Notes: a model not told the origin generated them from the sequence alone. Positions 37,938 through 50,137 are shown, counted from the stretch's first letter. The stretch: 64,000 bases of DNA from an uncultured Actinomycetes bacterium (GCA_937876245.1 CALEGP010000029.1:44678-108677), one strand, 5' to 3'. Numbers and translations are program-made.

Positions 37938-39035
37938 CTAGTTTCCACTCCATTTTAATTTAACATAGCTGAAAGTTGCAGGAATATAGATCCCAATAGC
38001 ACTAATAATTAATTGCAACGCTGCAACTGCGCTGGCTAGTTCCCACCAACTGATTCCGACTGGGCTCATATCCTGAGTTAAAAGTGTTCCCCCAGCAAAA
38101 TATGAGACTGCAAAGAGTGGAACAAGGATAGGCACAATAGTTTTGAGAGTTTCAACTTGCCTGGCCCGGAGAGACTTATGGCTGATAAGAATTAGTAGCT
38201 GATTTAAGGCAATAGCAAGAATCGGAATTACGATGGCGATTAGAGCCAATGGGTGTTTTGAAGTCGGCAAGCTACCAAGTATTGGAATTGCAGGTAATGA
38301 ATTAAGCTCAAAAATAGTTGGAGAAATTTGTGTTCCCAACCCTAAATTAAAGCCAAAGCCAAATAGGTAGGAAATTCCAGAAAGCGCAATATTTGGTAGA
38401 TATAAAAGCTGGAGGAGCGTTAGCAGCAACCCTCCCATAATCCCGGGTTGAATAACCACTGATAGGGACTTAACAACACTAAAGTGAATGACCAACGAAG
38501 CCGAAACTGTAAGCAAGATTAAACCCAGTAATGCCATAAAGAGATAGCCCAGGAACTTAAATCGCTCGAAGCTAGCGGCCGAATAATTTACTGTCGCACT
38601 AATAGCAATGAGTGAAACAAATATCGGAGTTAGAATTAAATTTGGCTTTATATTTGAGTCTTGTGATAGAAGAGCGGCAACAGTTGCAATCGCTGTGTAC
38701 CAAAAAACTATGAAGGTGCGAGCAGCACGATGGTTACCTAAGAATTCGCTGCTCCTTCGAAAGCCACTTCTGAGCGCCAGCCAAGCAAATAGTGTGGCTC
38801 CAATAGGCAGATAGCTAAGTGCTCCTCCGGTAAATCCAGATGCAGACGATAATTCGAAGGGAATTAGGTGCCCACCTAGCCAGAGCCAGATTGCTGCTCG
38901 AATCGGATCAGAGGTATTACCCGTTGCACTTCCTGCCGTCGCCCACGCGAACAGCGCGATGAAACTTAAAGGAAATAGCGTGAGAGCCACACTGCGCAGC
39001 GCCTGTTGAAAAGTAATCAGCAGGATGCGGCCCAT
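37938..39035 (-). CDS. PerM-like polytopic membrane protein (Rv0955 position)
   Basis: 365 aa, about 10 TM helices with no soluble domain. Called from its position between sucD and purN, as for M. tuberculosis perM. Confidence 0.5.
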   Translation of the reverse strand: MGRILLITFQQALRSVALTLFPLSFIALFAWATAGSATGNTSDPIRAAIWLWLGGHLIPFELSSASGFTGGALSYLPIGATLFAWLALRSGFRRSSEFLGNHRAARTFIVFWYTAIATVAALLSQDSNIKPNLILTPIFVSLIAISATVNYSAASFERFKFLGYLFMALLGLILLTVSASLVIHFSVVKSLSVVIQPGIMGGLLLTLLQLLYLPNIALSGISYLFGFGFNLGLGTQISPTIFELNSLPAIPILGSLPTSKHPLALIAIVIPILAIALNQLLILISHKSLRARQVETLKTIVPILVPLFAVSYFAGGTLLTQDMSPVGISWWELASAVAALQLIISAIGIYIPATFSYVKLKWSGN

Positions 39036-39040
39036 GGAAA

Positions 39041-39931
39041 TTAACCCCTTAAATTATTTAAAATAGTGCGCATTAATTGCGCAGCTTCAGAAGGAGTCTT
39101 TCCGACTTTTACGCCAACTGCTTCGAGCGCTAATTGCTTAGCTGCTGCAGTTCCTGAGGAGCCCGAAACGATTGCTCCAGCATGCCCCATTGTTTTACCT
39201 TCTGGTGCGGTAAAGCCTGCTACATATCCGACGACTGGCTTGGTTACATACTGCCCAATAAATGCTGCTGCAAGTTCCTCGGCATCGCCACCAATTTCCC
39301 CAATCATAACTATTGCATCTGTGTCTGGGTCATCTTGGAAGGCTCGCAAGCAGTCAATATGAGTCGTTCCAATTATCGGATCTCCACCGATACCAACAGC
39401 TGTACTAAATCCGAAGTCACGAAGTTCGTACATCATTTGATAAGTAAGGGTTCCAGATTTTGAAACTAGCCCAATTCGACCTGGTCCAGTGATATCAGCT
39501 GGAATAATTCCAATGTTGGATTTACCAGGACTTATTAACCCTGGACAGTTAGGTCCTACCAAACGAGTAGTGCCTTTTTCGAGTGCATAAGCATAAAAAG
39601 CTGCGGAATCATGAACTGGAATTCCCTCGGTAATCACAACAACCAATGGCAATTTTGCATCGATGGCATCGATGACTGCAGCCTTAGCAAACTTTGGAGG
39701 TACAAAAACAACTGAGGCATTTGCGCCTGTCGCTAAGACCGCCTCAGAAACAGTATTGAAAACCGGAAGGCTTACTCCTTCTATTTCAACGCTCTGTCCC
39801 CCTTTGCCTGGAGTTACTCCTCCAACAACTTTGGTTCCAGATTTAAGCATGCGAGCGGTGTGCTTAGTACCTTCAGACCCAGTCATTCCTTGAACTAGAA
39901 CTTTGGTATTTTCATCGATAAAAATTGCCAT
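39041..39931 (-). CDS. sucD: Succinate--CoA ligase (ADP-forming) alpha subunit
   Basis: [17 protein letters not shown], and the phosphohistidine loop MGHAGAI. Confidence 0.95.
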   Translation of the reverse strand: MAIFIDENTKVLVQGMTGSEGTKHTARMLKSGTKVVGGVTPGKGGQSVEIEGVSLPVFNTVSEAVLATGANASVVFVPPKFAKAAVIDAIDAKLPLVVVITEGIPVHDSAAFYAYALEKGTTRLVGPNCPGLISPGKSNIGIIPADITGPGRIGLVSKSGTLTYQMMYELRDFGFSTAVGIGGDPIIGTTHIDCLRAFQDDPDTDAIVMIGEIGGDAEELAAAFIGQYVTKPVVGYVAGFTAPEGKTMGHAGAIVSGSSGTAAAKQLALEAVGVKVGKTPSEAAQLMRTILNNLRG

Positions 39932-41091
39932 TATTTCGCCGCCAATTCTGCAGCGCGTGCTGCCGCGCCATCCATTGTGTCTAGTTGTTGAATAAGTGGA
40001 TGAGCAGCTGCATCCAGGATGCGGCGACCTTCAATTACATTGTTTCCATCCAGGCGAACCACAATGGGCTTGGTCGCTTGATCTCCGAGCATATTAAGCG
40101 CCTGAACAATTCCTGTAGCAACGGCATCGCAGGAAGTTATACCGCCAAATACATTAACGAAAACGCTTCGTACATCGGAATCACCAAGAATAATTCCCAG
40201 ACCATCAGCCATAACTTGTGCTGATGCGCCTCCGCCAATGTCAAGGAAGTTCGCTGGTTTAACGCCAAACTTTTCCCCAGCATAGGCCACAACATCTAGC
40301 GTACTCATTACGAGTCCAGCGCCATTTCCAATAATTCCTACCTGGCCATCTAGTTTTACATAGTTTAGATCTTTTTCTTTAGCCGCTGCTTCCAGTGGAT
40401 CTGCGGCAGCATGATCGACTAGAGCTTCATGGCCTGGGTGACGAAAATCCGCGCTGTCATCCAAAGTAACTTTTCCATCCAGCGCGATAATTTTTCCGTC
40501 GCTTGTTTTTACCAGTGGATTAATTTCCATTAGCGTTGCATCTTCTGCAACGAATGCTGCCCATAGCTTAAGCAAAACGGCTACAACTTGATCTACAACG
40601 TCGGCTGGAAATTGCCCACCAAGAACTATTTCACGCGCCTTGGCTTCAGAAATTCCAACATTTGGATCTATGCCAACTCTTGCTAATTTCTCTGGAGTCT
40701 TGTGTGCAACTTCTTCAATTTCTATTCCACCTGCAACAGATGCCATTACTAAAAAGTTGCGGTTTGCGCGGTCCAACAAAATAGCTAAGTAATATTCAGC
40801 TTCAATCGGCGCGGCCTGAGCAATCATGACTTTCTTAACAATATGACCTTTTATGTCCATGCCAAGCATTGCTTCGCATTTTTCTCGGGCATCACTTGGG
40901 TTTTCTGCAAGTTTTACTCCGCCAGCTTTTCCTCGGCCACCAACCTTTACCTGTGCCTTCACGACCACACGTCCGCCCATTGAAGCAGCGGCAACTTCAG
41001 CTTCTTCTGGGGTAAACGCAACTGCGCCACCTAGAACTGGAACGCCATGTGATTCGAAAAGATCTCGAGCTTGATACTCAAAGAGATCCAC
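39931..41091 (-). CDS. sucC: Succinate--CoA ligase (ADP-forming) beta subunit
   Basis: [13 protein letters not shown]-terminus, ATP-grasp fold, [11 protein letters not shown] motif. Confidence 0.95.
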   Translation of the reverse strand: MDLFEYQARDLFESHGVPVLGGAVAFTPEEAEVAAASMGGRVVVKAQVKVGGRGKAGGVKLAENPSDAREKCEAMLGMDIKGHIVKKVMIAQAAPIEAEYYLAILLDRANRNFLVMASVAGGIEIEEVAHKTPEKLARVGIDPNVGISEAKAREIVLGGQFPADVVDQVVAVLLKLWAAFVAEDATLMEINPLVKTSDGKIIALDGKVTLDDSADFRHPGHEALVDHAAADPLEAAAKEKDLNYVKLDGQVGIIGNGAGLVMSTLDVVAYAGEKFGVKPANFLDIGGGASAQVMADGLGIILGDSDVRSVFVNVFGGITSCDAVATGIVQALNMLGDQATKPIVVRLDGNNVIEGRRILDAAAHPLIQQLDTMDGAAARAAELAAK

Positions 41092-41156
41092 TAGTTACTC
41101 CATTCAACGATAAATTTCAGATTTTGAATAAGAACAACCGAAATCTTAGTGGTTAT

Positions 41157-43373
41157 TTAGAGCTTCTCTACCGGCGCATATCGAAGGAGCAACCGTTTTT
41201 CTCCGAGTGATCCGAAATTAATGGTCGCCTCAGCTCGATCGCCGCTGCCGACCACTGTAACAACTTTACCGAGGCCAAATGTGTCATGTGACACACGATC
41301 GCCAATATTTAAAACCATTGTTGTTGAGACTTTTCGGCCAGTTGCTCTGGGTGCAGGAGTGAAGTTCGAACTCTTTATCACGCTGGCACGAGATGGAGCT
41401 GATCCTTCTTCGTTCCATTCAATTACATCCTCGGGAATCTCAGATAAGAATCGAGATGGCGGGTTATATGTTGGAGCACCCCACGCGCTTCTGTACTCAG
41501 ATCGCGAAACATAAAGTCGCAATCGGGCACGAGTTAAGCCAACATAGGCCAATCTGCGTTCTTCCTCAATCTCTTCCCGATCGCCCAAAGTTCTAGAGTG
41601 AGGAAAGAGACCCTCTTCCATTCCAGTTAAAAATACTGTGGGGAATTCTAAACCTTTAGCTGTATGAAGAGTCATTAAAGTTACGACACCACCGTGATCT
41701 TCACCATCAGGAATTTGATCAGAGTCGGCTACTAGCGATACATTTTCTAGAAACCCTACGAGTGAAATATCCTCCCCCTCTTCGACTTCACCTTCCTCGT
41801 ATTCAATTGCAACCGCGATCAATTCTTGCAAGTTCTCTACCCTGCTTTCATCTTGCAAATCATCGCTCTTCTCAAGTTCATGCAGCAAGCCAGACTGTTC
41901 TAATACGGCCTGGGCAATTACTGATGGCCTGGTCTTTGCCTCCACTAAAAAAGCCAGCGAAGATATCAAGTGCACAAAATCATTTATCGCTGCAATTGAA
42001 CGGGTTGGAATATCAGGAACTTGATCACATTGGTTTAGAGCGCTCCAAAAGGAGAGTCCGGAACTTTTTGCAAATAGGTCCACGGTATCAAGAGCTCGAT
42101 CTCCGATTCCACGCTTTGGCGTATTTATAATTCGCCGCAGTGATACCTCATCATCAGGATTAACCAATACTCGAAGGTAGGCAAGAAAATCCTTCACCTC
42201 TTTGCGTTCATAAAAACGAACGCCACCAACGACCTTGTAGGGAATTGCCGAACGCAAAAATACCTCTTCGAGTACGCGTGATTGGGCGTTAGTTCGGTAG
42301 AAAATTGCCGTCTCTCCAGGCAGAGATATATTTTCACTTCGCAATTTCGCTATTTCAGAAACTATGTGTTGAGCCTCATCGTGCTCACTCTCAGCTACAT
42401 AGCCCGATATTTTTGCCCCAGTTCCAGATTCAGACCACAGGTTCTTAGCTTTGCGACCCTCATTATTAGAAATAACTGCATTCGCGGCAGTAAGAATATT
42501 TTGGGTTGAACGATAATTTTGTTCTAGCAAAATGGTATTTGCACTTGGATAATCCGCCTCGAATTGCAAAATATTTCGAATGTTTGCCCCGCGGAATGCA
42601 TAGATTGATTGATCAGCATCGCCAACAACACAAAGTTCAGCAAGTGGGATTCCCTCCCCTTCGATGCCGACCAGCTCTTTAATCAAGATGTACTGGGCAT
42701 GATTTGTATCTTGATATTCATCCACTAGTACATGTCTAAAGCGCGAGCGATAACGTTGGCGACTCTCGGGATTGCGCTGCAAAATTTCGACCGTCTTGCC
42801 GATTAGATCATCAAAATCCATCGCATTCGCCGTGGCAAGTCTCTTTTGATAGTGCGCAAAAACTTCCGCCACGATTTCATTAAATTGGTTGTCTGCAGAC
42901 TGAACGAAATCTGCTGGTCCCTGAAGTTCATTCTTAGCTTGAGAAATTAGTCCAGCTACAGCTCGGGGTGCATACCTCTTAATATCTAAATTCATATCCT
43001 TCATGACAAGAGTAATTAGCCGCAAACTGTCGCTGGAATCGTAAATCGTGAATGAATTCGAATAGCCTAATTTCGCCGCCTCCTGTCGCAAGATACGAAC
43101 ACATGCGGAGTGAAATGTTGATACCCACATTGATCTTGCCCGATCACCGACCAATTCTGCAACGCGTTCTTTCATTTCCGCGGCAGCTTTGTTTGTGAAA
43201 GTGATTGCTAAAACTTCGTATGGATGAACTCCTCGTTCCCCTAATAAATATGCAATTCGCCTGGTTAAAACCCTAGTTTTCCCAGAACCTGCTCCAGCAA
43301 CCACCAATAGCGGAGATCCCTGGTGGATGACTGCCGCCTGCTGTTCAGGGTTTAGGCCATCGACTAAAGACAT
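41157..43373 (-). CDS. pcrA: ATP-dependent DNA helicase PcrA/UvrD1 (SF1)
   Basis: Walker A AGAGSGKT, DEYQDT, TLHTAKGLEF, YVGLTRA. C-terminal Tudor-like tail GDRVSHDTFGLGKV. Confidence 0.9.
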   Translation of the reverse strand: MSLVDGLNPEQQAAVIHQGSPLLVVAGAGSGKTRVLTRRIAYLLGERGVHPYEVLAITFTNKAAAEMKERVAELVGDRARSMWVSTFHSACVRILRQEAAKLGYSNSFTIYDSSDSLRLITLVMKDMNLDIKRYAPRAVAGLISQAKNELQGPADFVQSADNQFNEIVAEVFAHYQKRLATANAMDFDDLIGKTVEILQRNPESRQRYRSRFRHVLVDEYQDTNHAQYILIKELVGIEGEGIPLAELCVVGDADQSIYAFRGANIRNILQFEADYPSANTILLEQNYRSTQNILTAANAVISNNEGRKAKNLWSESGTGAKISGYVAESEHDEAQHIVSEIAKLRSENISLPGETAIFYRTNAQSRVLEEVFLRSAIPYKVVGGVRFYERKEVKDFLAYLRVLVNPDDEVSLRRIINTPKRGIGDRALDTVDLFAKSSGLSFWSALNQCDQVPDIPTRSIAAINDFVHLISSLAFLVEAKTRPSVIAQAVLEQSGLLHELEKSDDLQDESRVENLQELIAVAIEYEEGEVEEGEDISLVGFLENVSLVADSDQIPDGEDHGGVVTLMTLHTAKGLEFPTVFLTGMEEGLFPHSRTLGDREEIEEERRLAYVGLTRARLRLYVSRSEYRSAWGAPTYNPPSRFLSEIPEDVIEWNEEGSAPSRASVIKSSNFTPAPRATGRKVSTTMVLNIGDRVSHDTFGLGKVVTVVGSGDRAEATINFGSLGEKRLLLRYAPVEKL

Positions 43374-43436
43374 AAGTTGGAGTCTATCGAGTCATGCTGG
43401 GGTAGAAGTTCTCGCTACATCTCATAGGATTAGCAA

Positions 43437-44162
43437 ATGCCACCATTAGATGATTCCGAGATTGAACGTGTCCTAGTCGTAACTGCGCATCCTGATGACC
43501 TTGATTTTGGTGCTGCTGGGACAATTGCGCAGTGGACGGCGAAGGGCATTAGCGTTTCATATTGCATTTGTACCAATGGTGACCAAGGTGGCGAAGATCC
43601 AGAAGTTGCTCGTGAGGATATGCCTAAAATTCGCCAACTCGAACAACGAAATGCCGGAAAAGTTCTTGGAGTAACCGATATTGAGTTCTTAAATCATCGA
43701 GATGGTTGGCTAGTCCCTACGATTGATTTACGGAAGCAGATTGTTAGAGAAATTCGAAGAACCAAGCCAGACCGAATGCTAATTCAAAGTCCGGAACGTA
43801 ATTGGGATCGCCTCTTCTCGAGCCATCCCGATCATATGGCGGCGGGCGAAGCGGCAATTCAAGCGATATATCCAGATGCTAGAAATCCATTTGCTTTCGA
43901 GGATTTACTTAAAGACGAAGGCTTAGAGCCATGGCGAGTTCGGGAAGTTTGGGTAATGTCACACCACACCCCAGATCACTTTGTAGATGTCACAGAGACT
44001 TTCGATAGAAAGATTGCCGCACTTCACGCGCATGTTAGCCAGACTGCACACAACCCAAATCTCGAAAAAATGATTCGCGAATGGGGGGAACGGTATGCAA
44101 AGTTAAATGGTTTGCCTAACGGCCATGTAGCAGAAATATTTAGAATTGTTTCCAGCGACTAA
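43437..44162 (+). CDS. PIG-L (LmbE-like) family deacetylase
   Basis: VLVVTAHPDDLDFGAAGT and HPDH metal-binding motifs. Confidence 0.8.
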   Translation: MPPLDDSEIERVLVVTAHPDDLDFGAAGTIAQWTAKGISVSYCICTNGDQGGEDPEVAREDMPKIRQLEQRNAGKVLGVTDIEFLNHRDGWLVPTIDLRKQIVREIRRTKPDRMLIQSPERNWDRLFSSHPDHMAAGEAAIQAIYPDARNPFAFEDLLKDEGLEPWRVREVWVMSHHTPDHFVDVTETFDRKIAALHAHVSQTAHNPNLEKMIREWGERYAKLNGLPNGHVAEIFRIVSSD

Positions 44163-44918
44163 TTAGCGAGAATTTGCCTTTAAAATCGTAATCCCTTGAT
44201 TGGGTTTGCCATCTCCCGCGCCATTTGAGTTATCCGAACCCGCCTCAGCAATCATTTGAATAATATCTAAACCTTCTGTAACTTCGCCCCAAAGTGTGTA
44301 GTTGGGAGCTAGTCGGGAATTATCAGCATAGACAATAAAAAATTGGCTGCCGTTTGTGTTCGGCCCAGAATTTGCCATTGCAACTGAACCTGCCGGATAA
44401 ATATTTCCAGCGCCCAATGGTAAATTCTCATCAGGTACCTGCCAAGTTGGGCCGCCAGAACCAGAAGCAGTCGGATCGCCACATTGCAGAACGTAAATTC
44501 CTTCAGTTGTAATCCTGTGGCATGGTGCTTTATTAAAGAAGCCTTTGTTAGCCAGATAGCTCATTGAGATAACAGTGAGTGGAGCTGCCACTCCATCTGC
44601 TGAAATTTTAATCGTTCCACAATTTGTAATGAGAGTGATTGTCTTCTCGACATGGGGCTTATCGATAGATGGAACTCGCAAGCGCTTGGGGGCATGGCCA
44701 GAGGCGCTGGTCGGATCGCAGAATGAATCAAGTGCTGAGGTCGAAATTTGCTTGGCGCCCTTCATCTTCTTGGACTTCTCATCGTCTTTTTCAAATGTAG
44801 ATGAAACCTGCTTATTGCTCTTTTCCTTTTTAGATTTTGCCTCTGCGCTCGCAATTGAAGGGGTTAGCGCTAGAGAAATCATTGCGATCATAAGCAGAAC
44901 AGCTGTTGAACGCCTCAT
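44163..44918 (-). CDS. Secreted cyclophilin-type peptidyl-prolyl cis-trans isomerase
   Basis: Signal peptide, a Lys/Glu-rich linker, then a cyclophilin core (FHRITTEG-like CHRITTEG, MANSGPNTNGSQFFI). Confidence 0.85.
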   Translation of the reverse strand: MRRSTAVLLMIAMISLALTPSIASAEAKSKKEKSNKQVSSTFEKDDEKSKKMKGAKQISTSALDSFCDPTSASGHAPKRLRVPSIDKPHVEKTITLITNCGTIKISADGVAAPLTVISMSYLANKGFFNKAPCHRITTEGIYVLQCGDPTASGSGGPTWQVPDENLPLGAGNIYPAGSVAMANSGPNTNGSQFFIVYADNSRLAPNYTLWGEVTEGLDIIQMIAEAGSDNSNGAGDGKPNQGITILKANSR

Positions 44919-44933
44919 TTTAAATAATCCCCC

Positions 44934-46499
44934 TTATTCCCATTCAATAGTTCCTGGTGGTTTAGATGTTACATCTAGCACCACTCGGTTTACTTCTCTA
45001 ACTTCATTTGTAATTCTAGTTGAAATCTTTTCCAGTACATCGTATGGAATTCGACTCCAATCCGCAGTCATTGCATCTTCTGATGAGACTGGTCGCAATA
45101 CAATTGGGTGACCATAAGTACGGCCATCTCCTTGTACTCCAACACTTCTTACATCAGCTAATAGAACAACTGGACACTGCCAAATTATCCGATCTAAGTT
45201 TGCAATATGCAATTCATTTCGAGCAATCGCATCAGCTTTTCGTAAGATTCTAAGTCTATTCTCAGTTACTTCGCCAACTATTCGAATTGCTAAGCCTGGA
45301 CCAGGAAAGGGTTGGCGCCAAATAATTTCTTCAGGAAGTCCCAAAGAGAGCCCAGCATGCCGAACTTCATCCTTAAAAAGAGTGCGAAGTGGCTCTATTA
45401 ACTTAAATTGTAAATCATCGGGAAGACCGCCCACGTTGTGATGAGATTTTATATTCGCAGTTCCTTCGCCACCGCCAGATTCAACAACATCAGGATATAA
45501 AGTTCCTTGAACAAGAAAATCTATCGGCTCGGTTGCTGAAATTTCACGAGCAGCAGTTTCAAATACGCGAATGAATTCAGCGCCAATAATTTTGCGCTTT
45601 TTTTCTGGGTCAGCAACCCCTGCAAGTGCTTCCATGAAACGTTTTTTTGCATCAACGACCATTAATTTAACTCCGGTAGATTCAACAAAGTCCTTCTCAA
45701 CTTGTTCTGCCTCGCCTTCGCGGAGCAGGCCGTGATCCACAAATACACAAGTCAGTTGAGATCCAACGGCTTTTTGTACAATCGCTGCAGCAACGGCAGA
45801 GTCAACGCCTCCGGACAGCCCGCAAAGTACTCTTCCGGCCCCGACAAGCCCCCTGATCTTTTCAACTTCTGAGGATACGATATTTTCCGAATTCCAAGTT
45901 GGGCTGCATTCCACAACATCTATCAACCAGCGACGTAAAATTTCTTGGCCATTTTCTGAGTGCAGTACTTCAGGATGAAATTGCACACCGGCAAGCAGGG
46001 CTTCACTATTTTCGAATGCCACTATTTCAGTTTTTTCCGTTTTAGCAGTAGCTAGAAAACCCTTTGGGGCGGCAGTAACGCTGTCTCCGTGACTCATCCA
46101 AACGCTAAATTCATTAGGTAAGCCCGAGAGCAATTTAGATTTAGAATCGTGAACCATCAACGTTCTACCGAATTCCGATTTGCCTGTTTGAGTTACGGTT
46201 CCGCCAAGCGCTGCGGCCATAACTTGAAAGCCATAGCAAATTCCAAAAATCGGAATGCCTGCCTCGAAAATTTTAGGATCCAACGTGGGGGCGCCCGGTT
46301 CGTAAACACTGGATGGTCCGCCTGACAAAATAATAGCCTTTGGCTTTTTCTCAAGCATCTTTGCGATCGACATTGATGATGGAACTATTTCGGAATATAC
46401 CTGGGCTTGGCGAACTCGGCGTGCAATTAATTGAGCGTATTGCGCTCCGAAATCAATTACGAGGACAAGTTCCTGATTCTTTATATTAGGCACGATCAA
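44934..46499 (-). CDS. guaA: GMP synthase (glutamine-hydrolysing)
   Basis: GATase domain (GICYGFQ), PP-loop SGGVDS, C-terminal KPPGTIEWE. Confidence 0.95.
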   Translation of the reverse strand: MIVPNIKNQELVLVIDFGAQYAQLIARRVRQAQVYSEIVPSSMSIAKMLEKKPKAIILSGGPSSVYEPGAPTLDPKIFEAGIPIFGICYGFQVMAAALGGTVTQTGKSEFGRTLMVHDSKSKLLSGLPNEFSVWMSHGDSVTAAPKGFLATAKTEKTEIVAFENSEALLAGVQFHPEVLHSENGQEILRRWLIDVVECSPTWNSENIVSSEVEKIRGLVGAGRVLCGLSGGVDSAVAAAIVQKAVGSQLTCVFVDHGLLREGEAEQVEKDFVESTGVKLMVVDAKKRFMEALAGVADPEKKRKIIGAEFIRVFETAAREISATEPIDFLVQGTLYPDVVESGGGEGTANIKSHHNVGGLPDDLQFKLIEPLRTLFKDEVRHAGLSLGLPEEIIWRQPFPGPGLAIRIVGEVTENRLRILRKADAIARNELHIANLDRIIWQCPVVLLADVRSVGVQGDGRTYGHPIVLRPVSSEDAMTADWSRIPYDVLEKISTRITNEVREVNRVVLDVTSKPPGTIEWE

Positions 46500-47598
46500 T
46501 TACAACTTCAACGCGTTGGAACTCTTTTAATTCAGAGTAACCAGATGTTGCCATCGCACGTCGCAGTGCGCCAAATAAATTCATGCTGCCATCGGCTAGG
46601 TGAGATGGTCCGACAAGAATCTCCTCTAAGGTTCCAACCGTTCCGACTTGGACTCTATCTCCACGTGGCAATTCCAAGTGATGGGCTTCAGATCCCCAAT
46701 GCCAGCCTTTTCCTGGTGCTTCAATTGCTTTCGCAAGTGGCGAGCCCATCATTACGGCATCAGCCCCACATGCAATCGCCTTCGCAATATCGCCAGATTT
46801 TCCGACAGAACCATCAGCAATAACATGTACGAAACGACCGCCGGATTCATCCATGTAGTCACGTCTGGCAGATGCGACTTCGGCCACCGCTGAAGCCATC
46901 GGAACTGCAATCCCCAATACTGAACGAGTTGTATGAGCAGATCCCCCGCCAAAACCAACGAGTACACCGGCAGCTCCTGCGCGCATCAAGTGCAGCGCTC
47001 CTGTTCCTGTCGCACAGCCACCAACAATTACTGGAACATCTAATTCATAAATAAATTTCTTTAAATTGAGCGGGGCATTTGCCGTTGCAACATGTTCGGC
47101 GCTTACTGTTGTTCCACGAATAACAAAAATATCGACTCCGGCATCAATTACTGCCTTGGCATATTCTGCTGTCCGTTGCGGTGAAAGCGCAGCTGCGACA
47201 GTTACTCCCGAGGCGCGGATTTGCGCAATCCGTTCTTTGATTAACTCTGGTTGAATTGGTAAAGCGTAAAGTTCCTGCATACGACGAATTGCCTTATCTT
47301 GTGGCATAGAGGCTATCTCGCCCAACGGAATTCGTGGGTCTTGGTGACGAGTCCAAAGTCCTTCAAGATTCAAGACTCCGAGTCCACCAAGTTTCCCAAT
47401 TGCTATGGCTGTATCTGGTGAAACTACTGAATCCATTGGGGCAGCCATCATTGGAAGAGAAAATTTGTAGGCATCTATTTGCCAGTCAATGGCAACCTCT
47501 TCTGGATCGCGAGTACGACGACTTGGAACGATTGCAATGTCATCAAATGAGTAACCAACGCGAGCGCGCTTTCCTGGACCAATTTCGATTTCATTCAT
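46486..47598 (-). CDS. guaB3: GuaB3-type IMPDH-related protein (no CBS domain, no catalytic Cys)
   Basis: 370-aa IMPDH-fold TIM barrel. The active-site loop reads [11 protein letters not shown] instead of GxGxGSICTT. Tandem position after guaB as at Rv3410c/Rv3411c. Confidence 0.8.
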   Translation of the reverse strand: MNEIEIGPGKRARVGYSFDDIAIVPSRRTRDPEEVAIDWQIDAYKFSLPMMAAPMDSVVSPDTAIAIGKLGGLGVLNLEGLWTRHQDPRIPLGEIASMPQDKAIRRMQELYALPIQPELIKERIAQIRASGVTVAAALSPQRTAEYAKAVIDAGVDIFVIRGTTVSAEHVATANAPLNLKKFIYELDVPVIVGGCATGTGALHLMRAGAAGVLVGFGGGSAHTTRSVLGIAVPMASAVAEVASARRDYMDESGGRFVHVIADGSVGKSGDIAKAIACGADAVMMGSPLAKAIEAPGKGWHWGSEAHHLELPRGDRVQVGTVGTLEEILVGPSHLADGSMNLFGALRRAMATSGYSELKEFQRVEVVIDRA

Positions 47599-47603
47599 GG
47601 CTA

Positions 47604-48731
<1,128 letters not shown>

Positions 48732-48765
48732 CTAGTGGGGCATTTATAGCCCTATTTCCCGCATA

Positions 48766-49680
48766 TCAGTGGCCGATTGCCTGCAAAATCTGCACCCGAG
48801 CCCCCGCCATATCAGAAGTCATAACGGATTTTTCTGGCGCACTACCGCTTGCTCCTGCCCAACCAGGGCCACCCAATATAACTCTTGGCGCTGGGCGGAT
48901 CACGGGAAGATCTTCGACGAAACTGTAGTCACCGCTCTCTTTCATCTGCGCCCATAGGAATATCACAGGAGGCGCAGATTTGATAACCACCAAATTGATG
49001 GCGCTCTGCGGAGTGCTTGCTCCTAAGAAAATACATTGGACTTTATCTTCGGCAAGTACTGCAGCAAGAGCTGTTAGGGCGAGTGAATGTCTTTCATCTC
49101 CAACACATGCCAAGAGGATAGGTCGGGAATTAATTGGTTTGGCAAGAGCCCCAATGTTCTCGCTCAAGATTTTCCGAATTACTTCACTTACCAAGTGTTC
49201 AACTTCAATACCAAAACCAGTGCGCTGCCATTCATTTCCGACTTCCGTGAGAAGTGGTACCAGTACGCTCTGCCAAGTCTGGGCAACTCCTGTTTTAGAA
49301 ATTGACCCCCGAATTAATTTCTCTATATTGGCCTGATCAAATTTCATAGCATTCCTGTATAACAGGCCGACCAATTCGCTTTGGTCTTCACTCGCATTAC
49401 ACATTTTTTCAATAGCGATTGCTCGACTTTTTCCAGAAATCTTTAGCGCCTTAGAGGCCGCATCACATGGGGAGACTCCAGCCATGACTAGTCGGTACAT
49501 CGCAGTCAGTCGAACTAAGTCGAATGCCGAATATTTACGGTGGGTACCAGCTTTATGTTTACTAGGGCCCATGCCATAGCGGCGATCCCAAGTTCGCAAC
49601 GTCGAAGGAGCTATACCCAGTTGCCTAGCTACGGCTGCGATCGTTAGTTCGCCTTCGTTGGCTTTCGGAGTGGTGCTCAT
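48766..49680 (-). CDS. CarH/LitR-type MerR-family regulator with B12-binding photoreceptor module
   Basis: MerR HTH (LGIAPSTLRTWDRRYG). Exact Wx9EH motif (WQRTGFGIEVEH). B12-binding-type ERHSLA (ExHxxG-like) motif followed by ...ILGGPG. Length matches CarH. Start set to ATG 49680. Confidence 0.7.
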   Translation of the reverse strand: MSTTPKANEGELTIAAVARQLGIAPSTLRTWDRRYGMGPSKHKAGTHRKYSAFDLVRLTAMYRLVMAGVSPCDAASKALKISGKSRAIAIEKMCNASEDQSELVGLLYRNAMKFDQANIEKLIRGSISKTGVAQTWQSVLVPLLTEVGNEWQRTGFGIEVEHLVSEVIRKILSENIGALAKPINSRPILLACVGDERHSLALTALAAVLAEDKVQCIFLGASTPQSAINLVVIKSAPPVIFLWAQMKESGDYSFVEDLPVIRPAPRVILGGPGWAGASGSAPEKSVMTSDMAGARVQILQAIGH

Positions 49681-49755
49681 CACCCAATTCTCCAGCCAAG
49701 GGCGGCAATTAGCCACCTGAAACGCTTCAAAACTGGGTCAAAGTGTCGGCTGTAC

Positions 49756-49784
49756 TTGAACAACTTATGAAGCGGTTGTACTAT
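49756..49784 (+). promoter_or_regulatory. Predicted sigma-70-type promoter for whiB
   Basis: TTGACA-like -35 box TTGAAC (49756..49761), 17-nt spacer, -10 box TACTAT (49779..49784), about 45 nt upstream of the whiB ATG. Confidence 0.35.
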
Positions 49785-49828
49785 CTACCCAACAGGTGGC
49801 CACTTAAGAGGAAGAGATTGGACAGGGC

Positions 49829-50137
49829 ATGAATACGCTGAAGCAACCAAGACCAATTGCAACTGATTGGGAATGGCAGGAATCCGCAGCATGTCGTGAA
49901 CTTCCTACTGAAATGTTTTTTTATCCCGATGGTGAAAGAGGGCCTCGTCGCAAGAACCGCGAGAATGCGGCAAAAGCAGTGTGTGCCTCATGCCCAGTGA
50001 TTCAAGCCTGTCGCCAACAGGCGCTGACCCTAATTGAGCCATACGGTATCTGGGGCGGCTTAACTGAAGATGATCGAGTAGCAATCCTAAGTCGTCATGA
50101 AGTAAATAGTTCGAACGTTTTTTCAACTGCCTCATAA
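49829..50137 (+). CDS. whiB: WhiB family Fe-S transcriptional regulator (WhiB3/WhiD position, beside groEL)
   Basis: Four Cys pattern (AAC...CASCPVIQAC) and the GIWGG turn followed by a basic tail. Confidence 0.9.
   Translation: MNTLKQPRPIATDWEWQESAACRELPTEMFFYPDGERGPRRKNRENAAKAVCASCPVIQACRQQALTLIEPYGIWGGLTEDDRVAILSRHEVNSSNVFSTAS

Noticed and set aside
44760-44880. Lys/Glu/Ser-rich low-complexity segment
   Set aside because: It is the linker between the signal peptide and the cyclophilin domain of the secreted PPIase, not a separate gene or repeat element.
44575-45111. Long antisense ORFs (for example 44575..45111, 53141..53692, 60004..60504, 25945..26412, 37519..37941, 7914..8369, 22142..22573, 3523..3924)
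   Set aside because: All lie opposite strongly supported conserved genes. They have Ser/Pro/Ala/Arg-rich low-complexity translations typical of shadow frames and show no recognisable motifs.
49712-49800. 8-bp inverted repeat GCCACCTG ... CAGGTGGC flanking the whiB promoter region (73 bp apart)
   Set aside because: A single 8-bp match at this spacing in a 150-bp region could be chance. It does not resemble the CarH direct-repeat operators I know of. It is mentioned only as a candidate for footprinting.
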